32,000 nucleotides of DNA from Pseudomonas aeruginosa (GTDB lineage: Bacteria; Pseudomonadota; Gammaproteobacteria; Pseudomonadales; Pseudomonadaceae): positions 4,350,001-4,382,000 of the forward strand of contig NZ_LN831024.1 of NCBI RefSeq assembly GCF_001457615.1, written 5' to 3'. Below, in pieces: positions 20,518-29,564 of the stretch. Position numbers and translations under genes: made by a program. Under the pieces are notes generated by a model. That model was not told where the DNA came from, made no database searches, and saw only the letters and a list, made by a program, of their open reading frames with translations. Every line of letters starts with the position of its first letter. Position 1 is the stretch's first letter.

Positions 20518-22812
20518 CTACAGGCCGTAGCGCTCGATGGCGTCCAGGTGCGGCTGGGTGTCGACCTCCGCCGCTTCCGCCAGGCGCAGCCAGCACATCC
20601 GGTGCGGCCATTGCCCGGTGGCCTCCTGCAACGCCTGGTGCAGTTCGCGCGGCGCCTGCTGCGCGGGGGTCGCGACGGTGAAGTAGATCGCCCGCAGTTC
20701 CTCGCCGTTGCTGGTATCGGTGACCTGGTAGTCGCGGTTGCTGTGCACCCAGACCTTCCAGCCGCGCGCGTCGAGCGTTTCGCGGAAGGCGTCGAAGGCC
20801 TCGTCGCCCGGATACACGCCGTCCACCAGCCAGCTCGGCGAGTAACCACCGCTCTCGAGGACGTGCACCACCGCATAGGTGGGAACGAAACGCTTGCGTT
20901 CCTCTTCGTCTTCCGGAGCCGGATAGATCAGCCCGGCGTCGAACACCACCCAGTCACCGACCCGCTGGCTGCGGTTGCCCGGCGCGTTCTCGAGGACCCG
21001 CGCGGTCACCGGGCCGGTGCGCCGGGCGTAGTAGTCGAGCGCTTCGCCATCCTCGATGTAGCGGACGATCACCCAGCCCCAGTCTTCCTCGATCGGTCCG
21101 TCGCCGGCGGCGAACTCCATGCCCATGCCGGCAGCGACCTCGCGCAGCATCGTCCAGTCGCGCGCGGCGCTGGCAGCGGTCATCTGGTCCCACTGCACCG
21201 ACTGCGGCTCCTCCAGCTTGCCGGCCAGTCGCTGGTAGGCCTGCGCCGCCTCGGCGAAGCGATCCTGCTCCATCAGCGCCTTGCCCAGCAGGCTGTGGGC
21301 TCCCAGCGAGCCGGGGGAAATCTCCAGCACCGACTGGCAGGCGCGCTCCAGCTCCGGCCAGTCGTTGAGTTTCTCGGCCAGCTTGACTTCGCTCCACAGC
21401 GCGATCAGCGGCACGCTGTCGGCGTAGAGCCGGCCGAGGCGCTTGACCTGGTCGTACTCGCCGCGGGCCAGCAAGGCATTGAGCAGGTAGTAGGCCAGTT
21501 GCTGCTCCTCGTCGGTGTGGCGCTCGACGTACTCCCAGAGCAGGTCGATGGCCTCGTCGTCGGCGGAGCAGGCCTGTAGCGCCGAGGCGGCCACTTCGCG
21601 CAAGGCGGTGTCGTCGGGCCGCTCGGCCAGCGCCTGGAGCAGCCACTGCACTTCTTTCTCCGGGTTGCGCGGCGCGTCTTCGCTGCCCTGCGCAGCCAGC
21701 CAGTCGAGCAACTCCGCAGCCGGCACCGGCAGCTCCTGCTGCTGCGGCGCGGCATCGATCTCCTCCCTCAACCCGGCGAGCAACTGGCTGGCGCCCCGAT
21801 CGCGCTGCAACTGTTGAGCATGCTGTTCGGCCAGCGCCAGGTGGCGCCTGGCGCTCCATACCGAACCGCGTTGCAACGCGAGGCGGATGGCCTGGCTGGC
21901 AACATCGATGACCACCCGGTGCGCGCCCTTCTGCGAGTAGTGTTCGAGCATCTGCTGCAGGCGCCCGCCGAAGTCCCAGGTGTTGCGCTCAGGGGTCCGT
22001 TGCAGCAGCAGGTAGACGGCGCGCAGCCAGATCGTACGGTAGCGCGGGGCAATCTCGGAGAACGGTAGCAGCGCCTCCAGGGCCTCCTCGTCGCGCCCCA
22101 GCAACGCCAGGCCGTGGGCCTTGTACAGACGCCGCGGCTGGCTGATGTTGTTCCACTCCGCGCCCTCGACCTTCTCCTCCATCTCGCCGATCAGGGCCAG
22201 CGCCTGTTCCGCGCGCCCCAGGTTCAGCAGGATCGCCACGCGCATCTCCAGGAGGCTGTCGAATACCTCCTCGCCGGCGGCGAGGATCTTCTTCTCCTGT
22301 TCGGCCAGGAAGGCCAGGGCATCTTCGCCGCGCCCGTCGTCGAGCAGCGCCTCGGCCTTCTCGTTGCTCAGGCAGTGGAAGCAGGCCCAGGTCGGGTCGA
22401 TCCGCGCCAGGGTCTCGTCGCACACCTCGATGCGCTCCTCCACCCAGCCCGGGCCGTCGACGTTGGCGTAGCACGACGCCAGGTCCTGGGTCACGCAGAC
22501 TGACTGCGGGCAGGCCTGGGTGTCGTCGCGATTGGCCAGTTCGAACAGGGAAACGGCGTCGGCCAGGGCGGTCTCACCCTCCAGTTGGTTGCCGACCCGG
22601 TTACGCATTTCCCAGTGGCGGACGAAGATTTCCAGCCACGGGTTGTTCAACGTCCGGCTCAGCGCCTTGACCTCCGGCAACAGCGCCTCGGCGCGCTCCA
22701 CCTCGAGGTCGCAGACGTACGCGGTGAGTTCGTCGATCAGCCGCGCACTCTGCTCCTGGCCGGCCTCACGCAGGTCGGCGCGGAGCTTCTCCACCCAGTT
22801 CCAGATATCCAT
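20518..22812 (-). CDS. Large TPR-like helical repeat protein with C-terminal globular region, partner of the HSP90-like gene
   Basis: 764 aa; TPR-like helix pairs such as GAHSLLGKALMEQDRFAEAAQAYQRLAGKLE and LYKAHGLALLGRDEEALEAL. The C-terminal ~190 aa look non-repetitive. It starts 36 nt after the upstream HSP90-like stop. Confidence 0.85.
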   Translation of the reverse strand: MDIWNWVEKLRADLREAGQEQSARLIDELTAYVCDLEVERAEALLPEVKALSRTLNNPWLEIFVRHWEMRNRVGNQLEGETALADAVSLFELANRDDTQACPQSVCVTQDLASCYANVDGPGWVEERIEVCDETLARIDPTWACFHCLSNEKAEALLDDGRGEDALAFLAEQEKKILAAGEEVFDSLLEMRVAILLNLGRAEQALALIGEMEEKVEGAEWNNISQPRRLYKAHGLALLGRDEEALEALLPFSEIAPRYRTIWLRAVYLLLQRTPERNTWDFGGRLQQMLEHYSQKGAHRVVIDVASQAIRLALQRGSVWSARRHLALAEQHAQQLQRDRGASQLLAGLREEIDAAPQQQELPVPAAELLDWLAAQGSEDAPRNPEKEVQWLLQALAERPDDTALREVAASALQACSADDEAIDLLWEYVERHTDEEQQLAYYLLNALLARGEYDQVKRLGRLYADSVPLIALWSEVKLAEKLNDWPELERACQSVLEISPGSLGAHSLLGKALMEQDRFAEAAQAYQRLAGKLEEPQSVQWDQMTAASAARDWTMLREVAAGMGMEFAAGDGPIEEDWGWVIVRYIEDGEALDYYARRTGPVTARVLENAPGNRSQRVGDWVVFDAGLIYPAPEDEEERKRFVPTYAVVHVLESGGYSPSWLVDGVYPGDEAFDAFRETLDARGWKVWVHSNRDYQVTDTSNGEELRAIYFTVATPAQQAPRELHQALQEATGQWPHRMCWLRLAEAAEVDTQPHLDAIERYGL

Positions 22813-22848
22813 ATGCTTCAGTCTCCATCAGGCGTGTTGCGAATTTTC

Positions 22849-24690
22849 TTATTGCCCCAGCAGGCGCTTCACCGAATCGGCGAGTCCGGCCAGGGCCTGG
22901 TTCAGCGAGGTCGCGGGCTGGCCGCGTCCCTGTCCGGCGATGATCACTTTGAACGAGCGCAGCAGCAACGCCGCATGGGCCGCTTCGTCGCGTTCCTCGC
23001 CGACGGCCGCGAGCAGCGCCTGCACCGCCGGATTGTCGAGGTTGACGTAGAGCCGGCTCGGCTGGCGATTGTCGAGCTTGCGGGTGAACTGCCGGGCCAG
23101 GCGCAACGCCGCGGTGGAAATACGCTTGTCGGCCTCGTCGTCCTCCAGTCGCCGCTTGAGTTCGGCGTCGCGGTCGGGCACCACCACAAGCGGCAATTCC
23201 TCGGGGCTGAAGCGGGCGATCACCAGTTGCTCCTCGGCGCCGCCCAGGTGTTCGGCCAGCCAGCCGGTCTCGCGCTCGGGCAGTCGGTCGAGGCGGAACA
23301 ACTGGCGGTTGCCCTGCTCGGTGCCCAGCTCCACCAGGCGCATCCCCTTGGCCTGCGCCCAGCGACGGAGGAAGGGTACCACCGCATAGCGATTGCCATG
23401 GGCCACCGGTACGCCCATGGCACGGAACAGCATTTCCTCGAAGCCGCTGTCGTTGTCCAGCAGCACATGCACCGCTCCGCGCGAAAGGAGTTCGGAAGCC
23501 GGGAGGTCGCCCTGGGAGGTGGGTACGCGCAGGCTGTCCATCATCAGCGCGAACAGACGCTCGTCGCACAACGCCGCTCCCAGCAGGGCCTCGTTGTGCC
23601 GCAGCAGGACCCGCCGCCAGGCCTCCGGCTGCTGCCGCGCCACCTCGCCGAGCCCGGCGATCAGCGCCTCGGCCAGCGCATGCTGGATCGCCGCGTAATG
23701 GTCGTCACGCTGCAGGTCCTCGCGGCTGGCGGTGGGCGTCAGGCGGTTCGATTCGATCACCCCGCCGACGAACCCGGCCCAGGACGGCAGCAGGTCGCGG
23801 GCGTCATCGTCGAGCAGCATGCCGCGGAGGAAAACCGAGAGATTGCGGTTGTCGCTGGTGCCATAGGTGCCGCCGTCCTGGATCCACAGCAGGCCCTGCA
23901 CGTCGACCCGCTCGTCCGGGCGCACCGGCAGGCAGCAGATCGGCTCGAAGTCGTGCTCGAAGCGTGCGGCGAACTCCAGGTCGCGGCGCTGCCGTTGCAG
24001 CGGGTGCAGCGCGGCGTCGGCGGCCAGCCGCCACGGCGGCGGCTCCGGGTTGATCGACTGGGCGTCGCCGCCGACGTGGATCGGCTCGCGCAGCAGCACG
24101 CAGTAGCGTTCGAGGATCTCGCGCAGGCGCGCGGCCTGGGTCAGCGCACTGTATTCGTCCTGCAGTTCGAGGGTGATCTCGGTACCCACCGGGCGCGCCG
24201 GCATCGGCGTCACGCTGTATTGCTCGGCGTTGCTGGAGACGTAGCAGAAGCCCAGTTCCGGCTGCTGGTAGGACGTGGTCCGCACGCTGACCCGGCGGGC
24301 CAGGACGAAAGCGGAGAGGAAGCCCAGGCCGAACATGCCGATCAGCCCGCTGTCCTCGTGGCCGGACTGGCGCAGTCCGCGGGTGTAGCCGACGCCGACG
24401 GTGGCCAGGTAGGCGTGGATTTCGTGCTCGGTGAGCCCGGCGCCGGTGTCGACGATGCGCACGGTGTTGCTGGCACTGTCGCCGATCACCTCGATTCGCG
24501 ACGGCCCTTGCCAGTCGGGCTGCTCCAGGCGGCGACGGAGGATCGAATCGTGGGCGTTCTGCACCAGCTCGCGCAACGCCACGGTGGGCGTGGAATAGAG
24601 GTGCTTGCTGAGCACCGACATCACGCCGTTGAGGTCGACTCCGGCGCGACGGATCTGGGGAGTGTTCGATTGCGGAAAGCTGCTTTGCAT
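22849..24690 (-). CDS. HSP90/HtpG-family protein (GHKL ATPase), atypical
   Basis: 613 aa from MQSSFPQSNTPQIRRAGVDLNGVMSVLSKHLYSTPTVALRELVQNAHDS. GHKL motifs: ELVQNAHDS (N box), DTGAGLT (G1), GLIGMFGLGFLSAF (G2). The ORF-track start at 24759 adds 23 residues without clear homology. Confidence 0.9.
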   Translation of the reverse strand: MQSSFPQSNTPQIRRAGVDLNGVMSVLSKHLYSTPTVALRELVQNAHDSILRRRLEQPDWQGPSRIEVIGDSASNTVRIVDTGAGLTEHEIHAYLATVGVGYTRGLRQSGHEDSGLIGMFGLGFLSAFVLARRVSVRTTSYQQPELGFCYVSSNAEQYSVTPMPARPVGTEITLELQDEYSALTQAARLREILERYCVLLREPIHVGGDAQSINPEPPPWRLAADAALHPLQRQRRDLEFAARFEHDFEPICCLPVRPDERVDVQGLLWIQDGGTYGTSDNRNLSVFLRGMLLDDDARDLLPSWAGFVGGVIESNRLTPTASREDLQRDDHYAAIQHALAEALIAGLGEVARQQPEAWRRVLLRHNEALLGAALCDERLFALMMDSLRVPTSQGDLPASELLSRGAVHVLLDNDSGFEEMLFRAMGVPVAHGNRYAVVPFLRRWAQAKGMRLVELGTEQGNRQLFRLDRLPERETGWLAEHLGGAEEQLVIARFSPEELPLVVVPDRDAELKRRLEDDEADKRISTAALRLARQFTRKLDNRQPSRLYVNLDNPAVQALLAAVGEERDEAAHAALLLRSFKVIIAGQGRGQPATSLNQALAGLADSVKRLLGQ

Positions 24691-24857
24691 GTCCCTATCC
24701 AAGCGTTCGATGAATGGCGTCCGCTCGCACGCGAGCGGTCCGGTGCGGGATTCTGCCACGTTCCGTCACGTTCCTTGTGCAACGACGTGCCCGCGATGAG
24801 CTTCAGGCCGCATGGAAGCGGCCCGGAGTGCAATAGAGCCGCGTCGCGGCGAAATGT

Positions 24858-25772
24858 TCAACCCTCCAGGCCGATCAATTGTCGCCGGCTGCGCTCGAAC
24901 CAGTCGAGCAGGTAATCGGCGAGTACCTGGGTGCGCCGCGGCAGGCCGCCCTGGAACGGATGGACGAGGAACATCGGCGTGCTGCGCGTCTGGTAGTCGC
25001 GCAGCAACCAGGCCAGGCGGCCGTCGCCCAGTTCGTCGTGGACCATGTATGACGGCAGCCGGGCGATGCCGGTGCCGGCCAGCGCGGCTTTCTTCAACAG
25101 GCTGTAGTGGTTGCTGGCGAGAAAGCCGGCAACCCGTACCCGCTCCAGCCGATGGTGGCGGTGATAGAGCCACTCCTCGTGGCCGCTGTAGTGCGAGTTC
25201 AGCAGGCACTCGCGCTCGGCCAGCTCGGCCGGGCGTTGCGGCTCGCCGTGTCGCGCCAGGTAGGCGGGACTGGCGCAGGTGATTTCCTGCAGGACGAACA
25301 GCGGCCGCGCCACCAGCCGGGCGTCCTGCTCGACCCCAGAGCGAATCGCCAGGTCGAAGCCCTCACCAACCAGGTCGCGCAGGCCGTTGTACAGGTCCAG
25401 CTCGACGCGCAGCAGCGGATGGCGTTCCTGGAAGTCCTCCAGCAGTGCATCGAACAGGGTCTCGCCCAGCGAGACCGGGAGGGTCACCCGCACCCGTCCT
25501 TCCGCTCGCTCCTGCAAGCGCGCCACCGCCTGCCGCGCGCGCTCGGCCTGCACCAGCAAGGCCTGCGCCTCGGGCAGCAGCGCGGCGCCGGCGGCGGTCA
25601 GCGAAAGACGGCGGGTGGTGCGGTGCAAGAGGGTCACGCCGAGCTTCTGCTCGAGGACGCCAATGCGCTTCGACAGTTGGCCCTTGCTGCAACCGAGACG
25701 CTCGGCGGCGCGGGTGAAACTGCCCAGGTCGTGGAGTACGGCGAAGGCGGCGAGATCGTCCAGGTCCTTCAC
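24858..25772 (-). CDS. LysR-family transcriptional regulator
   Basis: 304 aa; N-terminal HTH MKDLDDLAAFAVLHDLGSFTRAAERLGCSKGQLSKRIGVLEQKLGVTLLHRTTRRLSLT. Confidence 0.95.
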   Translation of the reverse strand: MKDLDDLAAFAVLHDLGSFTRAAERLGCSKGQLSKRIGVLEQKLGVTLLHRTTRRLSLTAAGAALLPEAQALLVQAERARQAVARLQERAEGRVRVTLPVSLGETLFDALLEDFQERHPLLRVELDLYNGLRDLVGEGFDLAIRSGVEQDARLVARPLFVLQEITCASPAYLARHGEPQRPAELAERECLLNSHYSGHEEWLYHRHHRLERVRVAGFLASNHYSLLKKAALAGTGIARLPSYMVHDELGDGRLAWLLRDYQTRSTPMFLVHPFQGGLPRRTQVLADYLLDWFERSRRQLIGLEG

Positions 25773-25877
25773 GATTGTTTCCCTATGAAAACGGTAGGTT
25801 GTCGATTGACAGGATTATCCATGGCAAAAGCGACTCTACACTGGAAACCACTCACCTTCACTCAACGAGAGGCCTGT

Positions 25878-26477
25878 ATGAAAATCATCCTGATCGGCGC
25901 CAGCGGCACCCTTGGCAAGGGTATCGACAAAGAACTCTGCGAGCGCCACGAGATCGTCCGGGTAGGCAACAGCAGCGGCGATTTCCAGGTCGACATCAGC
26001 GACTCAGACTCCATTCGCGCCCTGTTCGAGAAAACCGGTCGCTTCGACGCGCTGGTCGCCGCGGTCGGCAAGGTGCACTTCGGCGCCCTGGAGGAAATGG
26101 GCGAGGCGCAATACCAGCTCGGCCTGCGCGACAAGCTGATGGGCCAGGTCAACCTGGTACTGCTCGGCCGCGAGTACGCCAACGACGGGGGCTCCTTCAC
26201 CCTCACCAGCGGCGTGCTCGCCGAGCAGCCGATCCGCTTCGGCAGTTCGGCGAGCATGGTCAACTGCGCCGTCGAGGGCTTCGTCCGCGGCGCAGCCCTG
26301 GAGTTGCCGCGCGGCCTGCGCATCAACGCCGTCAGCCCGACCGTGGTCAGCGAGGCGCTGCCCGGCTACGCGCCCTACTTCCGTGGCTTCAAGCCGGTTC
26401 CGGCGGCGGACGCCGCGCTGGGTTACGCACGCAGCGTGGAAGGCGCGCAGACCGGCCAGGTGTACCGCATCTGGTAA
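25878..26477 (+). CDS. Short-chain dehydrogenase/reductase
   Basis: 199 aa from ATG 25878, MKIILIGASGTLGKGIDKELCERHEIVRVG (IGASGTLG nucleotide-binding motif). The track extension back to 25107 runs antisense through the LysR gene. Confidence 0.93.
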   Translation: MKIILIGASGTLGKGIDKELCERHEIVRVGNSSGDFQVDISDSDSIRALFEKTGRFDALVAAVGKVHFGALEEMGEAQYQLGLRDKLMGQVNLVLLGREYANDGGSFTLTSGVLAEQPIRFGSSASMVNCAVEGFVRGAALELPRGLRINAVSPTVVSEALPGYAPYFRGFKPVPAADAALGYARSVEGAQTGQVYRIW

Positions 26478-26487
26478 GCGATATTTC

Positions 26488-26886
26488 TCAGGAGAGGCGG
26501 TCGGCGTAGCAGGTCGGCGAACTGCCCGGCTGCTGGCGGTCCAGCTCCTCCTCGAGGAACTCGGCCAGCACCACGGCATTGTTGTGCTGCTGGTCGTGGG
26601 CGCCGTAGAGCAGCGTCAGGGTGCCCTCCCGAGCGCTGTCGAGCAGGCCCCACCAATGTTCCGGGTGCGCCTGCAACTCGGCGCGGTAGTGTTCGCGGAA
26701 GCTGTCGAAGAGTGCCGGATCGTGGCAGAACTGCTTGCGCACCTCGTTGGAGGGCGCCACGTCCTTCAGCCAGTCGTCCATGGCCAGGGCTTCCTTGCGG
26801 ATGCCGCGCGGCCACAGCCGGTCCACCAGTACGCGCCGGCCATCGGCGGGCGACGCCGGTTCGTATACACGCTTGCATTGGATCAT
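26488..26886 (-). CDS. DUF488-family protein (YeaO-like)
   Basis: 132 aa from ATG 26886: MIQCKRVYEPASPADGRRVLVDRLWPRGIRKEALAMDDWLKDVAPSNEVRKQF. Confidence 0.88.
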   Translation of the reverse strand: MIQCKRVYEPASPADGRRVLVDRLWPRGIRKEALAMDDWLKDVAPSNEVRKQFCHDPALFDSFREHYRAELQAHPEHWWGLLDSAREGTLTLLYGAHDQQHNNAVVLAEFLEEELDRQQPGSSPTCYADRLS

Positions 26887-26980
26887 CGATCGACTCCCTG
26901 GTTGCGATGAAGTCCGATCCGGACTTGAGCTAGGCCCGGACGCTCGGTAACGTGGGCGCATTTTCGATGGAGTCTTCCCT

Positions 26981-27646
26981 ATGCGCCCTGCCCGTCTGCT
27001 GGTCTACAGCCTGCTCCCCTTGTTCGCCGCCTGCCAGGTGTGGAAGCCCGAATCGCCGAGCACCAGTGTAGACACCCGCTTCCAGGGCGAACTGGTGAAG
27101 ATCAACGGCGCGCTGCAATTCCGCCCCTGTACCGAGAAGCGCCTGTTCAGCATCGAGGACGTGGCCAATACCGGCCTGCGCCGCGAAGCCGACAGCCTGT
27201 TCGACGACGGCGCCCAGGGCCTGTTCGTCGACCTGCGCGGCACCATGGGACCGGCCAAGGTCCGCGGTACCGACGGCAAGCTGGAGGTCAGCCGACTGTA
27301 CCGCGTGCAGAACGAGGGCCCCGGCTGCGACGACCCGAACTTCAAGCTGCTGACCTTCGCCGCCAACGGCAACGAACCCTTCTGGAGCGCCAGGGTGAAC
27401 AATCAGGGCCTGCGCCTGGACCGCCCCGAACACGAGACCCTGGCCTTGCCTTACGTCGCCGAGGAACTGCCGAACGGCAGCACCAGCTATTCCAGCGAGG
27501 CGAACGGCAAGAAGGTCGAATTGTGGATCGCCCCGTCGTCCTGCACCGACAGCATGAGCGGCGCCTTCAGCAGCTACTCCGCCGAACTGCGCATCGATGG
27601 CGAGACGCTGCGCGGCTGCGCCTATCCGGGCGCACTGGGCAAGTGA
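26981..27646 (+). CDS. Putative lipoprotein (COG3650-like)
   Basis: 221 aa; N-terminal MRPARLLVYSLLPLFAAC lipobox; FAANGNEPFWSARV motif. Confidence 0.8.
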   Translation: MRPARLLVYSLLPLFAACQVWKPESPSTSVDTRFQGELVKINGALQFRPCTEKRLFSIEDVANTGLRREADSLFDDGAQGLFVDLRGTMGPAKVRGTDGKLEVSRLYRVQNEGPGCDDPNFKLLTFAANGNEPFWSARVNNQGLRLDRPEHETLALPYVAEELPNGSTSYSSEANGKKVELWIAPSSCTDSMSGAFSSYSAELRIDGETLRGCAYPGALGK

Positions 27647-27676
27647 AGCGAGGGGCCGCGCAGCGGCAGCCCTTCC

Positions 27677-27928
27677 CTACAAGAGCAGTCCGGCCTGCTC
27701 CAGGCGCCGCCGCAGCGCCGTCAGGCCGCCCTCGTATTCCCAGTAGGCGACGCGCCCGTGGGAGGCGCTGACCAGCAGGTATTTCTCGCTGATCGACTGG
27801 ATCCGTTCGATGCGCAGCAGTTTCTCGACGAAGCGTTCCTCGCCGATCTGCTCGACGATTTCCCGGTTGTCCGCGTCGTAGCCGTGGACCATGAAGGCGG
27901 CGCGCACCTTGAGGCGGATGAAACTCAT
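27677..27928 (-). CDS. Small conserved hypothetical protein
   Basis: 83 aa from MSFIRLKVRAAFMVHGYDADNREIVEQIG. It overlaps the upstream GNAT gene stop by 4 nt, suggesting translational coupling; start choice is inferred. Confidence 0.7.
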   Translation of the reverse strand: MSFIRLKVRAAFMVHGYDADNREIVEQIGEERFVEKLLRIERIQSISEKYLLVSASHGRVAYWEYEGGLTALRRRLEQAGLLL

Positions 27929-28446
27929 CGCACGGCTCTGCGCTGGAGGGAAAGATTGCGATGGCACACTGTCGAGCGCCCCGAGCCGTTCGGTCGCCGC
28001 GCCGGATCGGCGTAGGTTTCCAGCTCGACGAAGCCGGCCTTGCGCATCATTCCCGCCGACGCCAGGTTCTCTTCGTGACGATCGATATAGACGTCCTCGA
28101 TGCCTTCGTCGGCCAGTTGGGCCAGCACCGCCTCCAGCAACGCGCTGCCGAGCCCCTGGCCGGCCGCCGCCGGATGCACTACCGCCTCGCAGATGTAGGC
28201 CCGCGGCGCATCGGCACGCTGCGGCTGGTAATGGGCGAAATCCTCGGTGCGACGGAAGCTGGCGAACCCCAGCAGCCGATCGTCGCGCTCGGCCAGGACG
28301 GCACGTACCTCGCCGTCGGCGATGGCTCGCAGATGCGCACGCACCCCCTCCTCCGGCAAATGGTTCCAGGGATTCGGCCCGTGGCGCAGCAACAGGTCGG
28401 TCATGGCCTCGATATCGCCGGTTTCGGCAGCTCGCAAACGGTGCAT
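27925..28446 (-). CDS. GNAT-family N-acetyltransferase
   Basis: 173 aa from MHRLRAAETGDIEAMTDLLLRHG; acetyl-CoA-binding-like VVHPAAAGQGLGSALLEAVLAQLADEGIEDVYID. Start trimmed from 28590. Confidence 0.9.
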   Translation of the reverse strand: MHRLRAAETGDIEAMTDLLLRHGPNPWNHLPEEGVRAHLRAIADGEVRAVLAERDDRLLGFASFRRTEDFAHYQPQRADAPRAYICEAVVHPAAAGQGLGSALLEAVLAQLADEGIEDVYIDRHEENLASAGMMRKAGFVELETYADPARRPNGSGRSTVCHRNLSLQRRAVR

Positions 28447-28456
28447 ATCCACTCCT

Positions 28457-29554
28457 TCAAAGTCCAGCCACCAGCAGCCCGTCGGGCAACGCCACGCTCC
28501 GCTCGATGCAGGCAGCCAGCGCCTCGACCAGGGGTTCCAGCGCATAGCCCTGCCTGGCCAGCCAGACCGGATCGTAATAGGTGGTCGCATAGCGTTCGCC
28601 GCCGTCGCAGAGAATCGCCACCAGCGAACCCTTCTCGCCGGCCGCGACCATTTGCCGTGCGGCCACCAGGGCGCCGATCAGGTTGGTTCCGCTGGAGCCG
28701 CCGACCCGCCGCCCCAGGCGTCGGGCCAGGTAATGCATGGCCGCCAGCGACCAGGCGTCCGGCACCTTGACCATCGCGTCGATCACTTCCGGCAGGAAGG
28801 ACGCCTCGACCCGCGGCCGGCCGATGCCCTCGATCCGCGAACCGCAATCCAGGGTCAGGCCACGGTCGCCGCTGACATAGGCGTCGAAGAACACCGAACG
28901 CTCGGCGTCGGCGCAGAGTACCCGGGTGCAGTGCTGGCGATAGCGCACGTAGCGGCCGAGGGTCGCCAGGGTGCCGCCGGTACCGGGGCTGGAGATCAGC
29001 CAGGTCGGGGTCGGGTACGGCTCGTGGCGCATCTGCTGGAAGATCGATTCGGCGATGTTGTTGTTCGCCCGCCAGTCGGTGGCGCGCTCGGCATAGGTGA
29101 ACTGGTCCATGAAATGGCCACCGCTCTCCCGCGCCAGGCGTTCGGACTCGGCGTAAATCTGGGTGGGGTCCTCCACCAGGTGGCTCTGGCCGCCGTAGAA
29201 GGCGATCTGGGCGATCTTTTCCTTCGAGGTGCTGGCCGGCATCACGGCGATGAAGGGCAGGCCCAGCAGGCGTGCGAAATAGGCTTCGGAAATCGCCGTG
29301 GAACCGCTCGATGCCTCGATCACCGGCGCGGCCGGCCTGAGCCAGCCGTTGCACAGCGCATAGAGGAACAGCGAGCGCGCCAGGCGATGCTTGAGGCTGC
29401 CGGTGGGGTGGCTGGACTCGTCCTTGAAGTACAGTTCGACGCCAGGCAGGCCGGGAGTCTCCAGGGGGATCAAATGGGTATCGGCGCTGCGCTGGAAATC
29501 CGCTTCGATGATGCGGATCGCCTCGCGGGCCCATTGGCGGTGGTCGACGGTCAT
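28457..29554 (-). CDS. PLP-dependent cysteine synthase family protein
   Basis: 365 aa; [24 protein letters not shown] (PLP Lys context), [19 protein letters not shown], and [16 protein letters not shown]. Confidence 0.9.
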   Translation of the reverse strand: MTVDHRQWAREAIRIIEADFQRSADTHLIPLETPGLPGVELYFKDESSHPTGSLKHRLARSLFLYALCNGWLRPAAPVIEASSGSTAISEAYFARLLGLPFIAVMPASTSKEKIAQIAFYGGQSHLVEDPTQIYAESERLARESGGHFMDQFTYAERATDWRANNNIAESIFQQMRHEPYPTPTWLISSPGTGGTLATLGRYVRYRQHCTRVLCADAERSVFFDAYVSGDRGLTLDCGSRIEGIGRPRVEASFLPEVIDAMVKVPDAWSLAAMHYLARRLGRRVGGSSGTNLIGALVAARQMVAAGEKGSLVAILCDGGERYATTYYDPVWLARQGYALEPLVEALAACIERSVALPDGLLVAGL

Positions 29555-29564
29555 GGAAACTCCT

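Noticed and set aside
22585-24915. 776 aa plus-strand ORF antisense to the HSP90-like gene
   Set aside because: It lies opposite a gene with clear GHKL motifs. Its translation is rich in H, Q, R and G without recognisable domains, a typical GC-rich third-position artefact.
25107-25877. N-terminal extension of the SDR ORF
   Set aside because: The extension is antisense to the LysR coding region; the SDR fold begins cleanly at MKIILIGASGTLGKG (25878).
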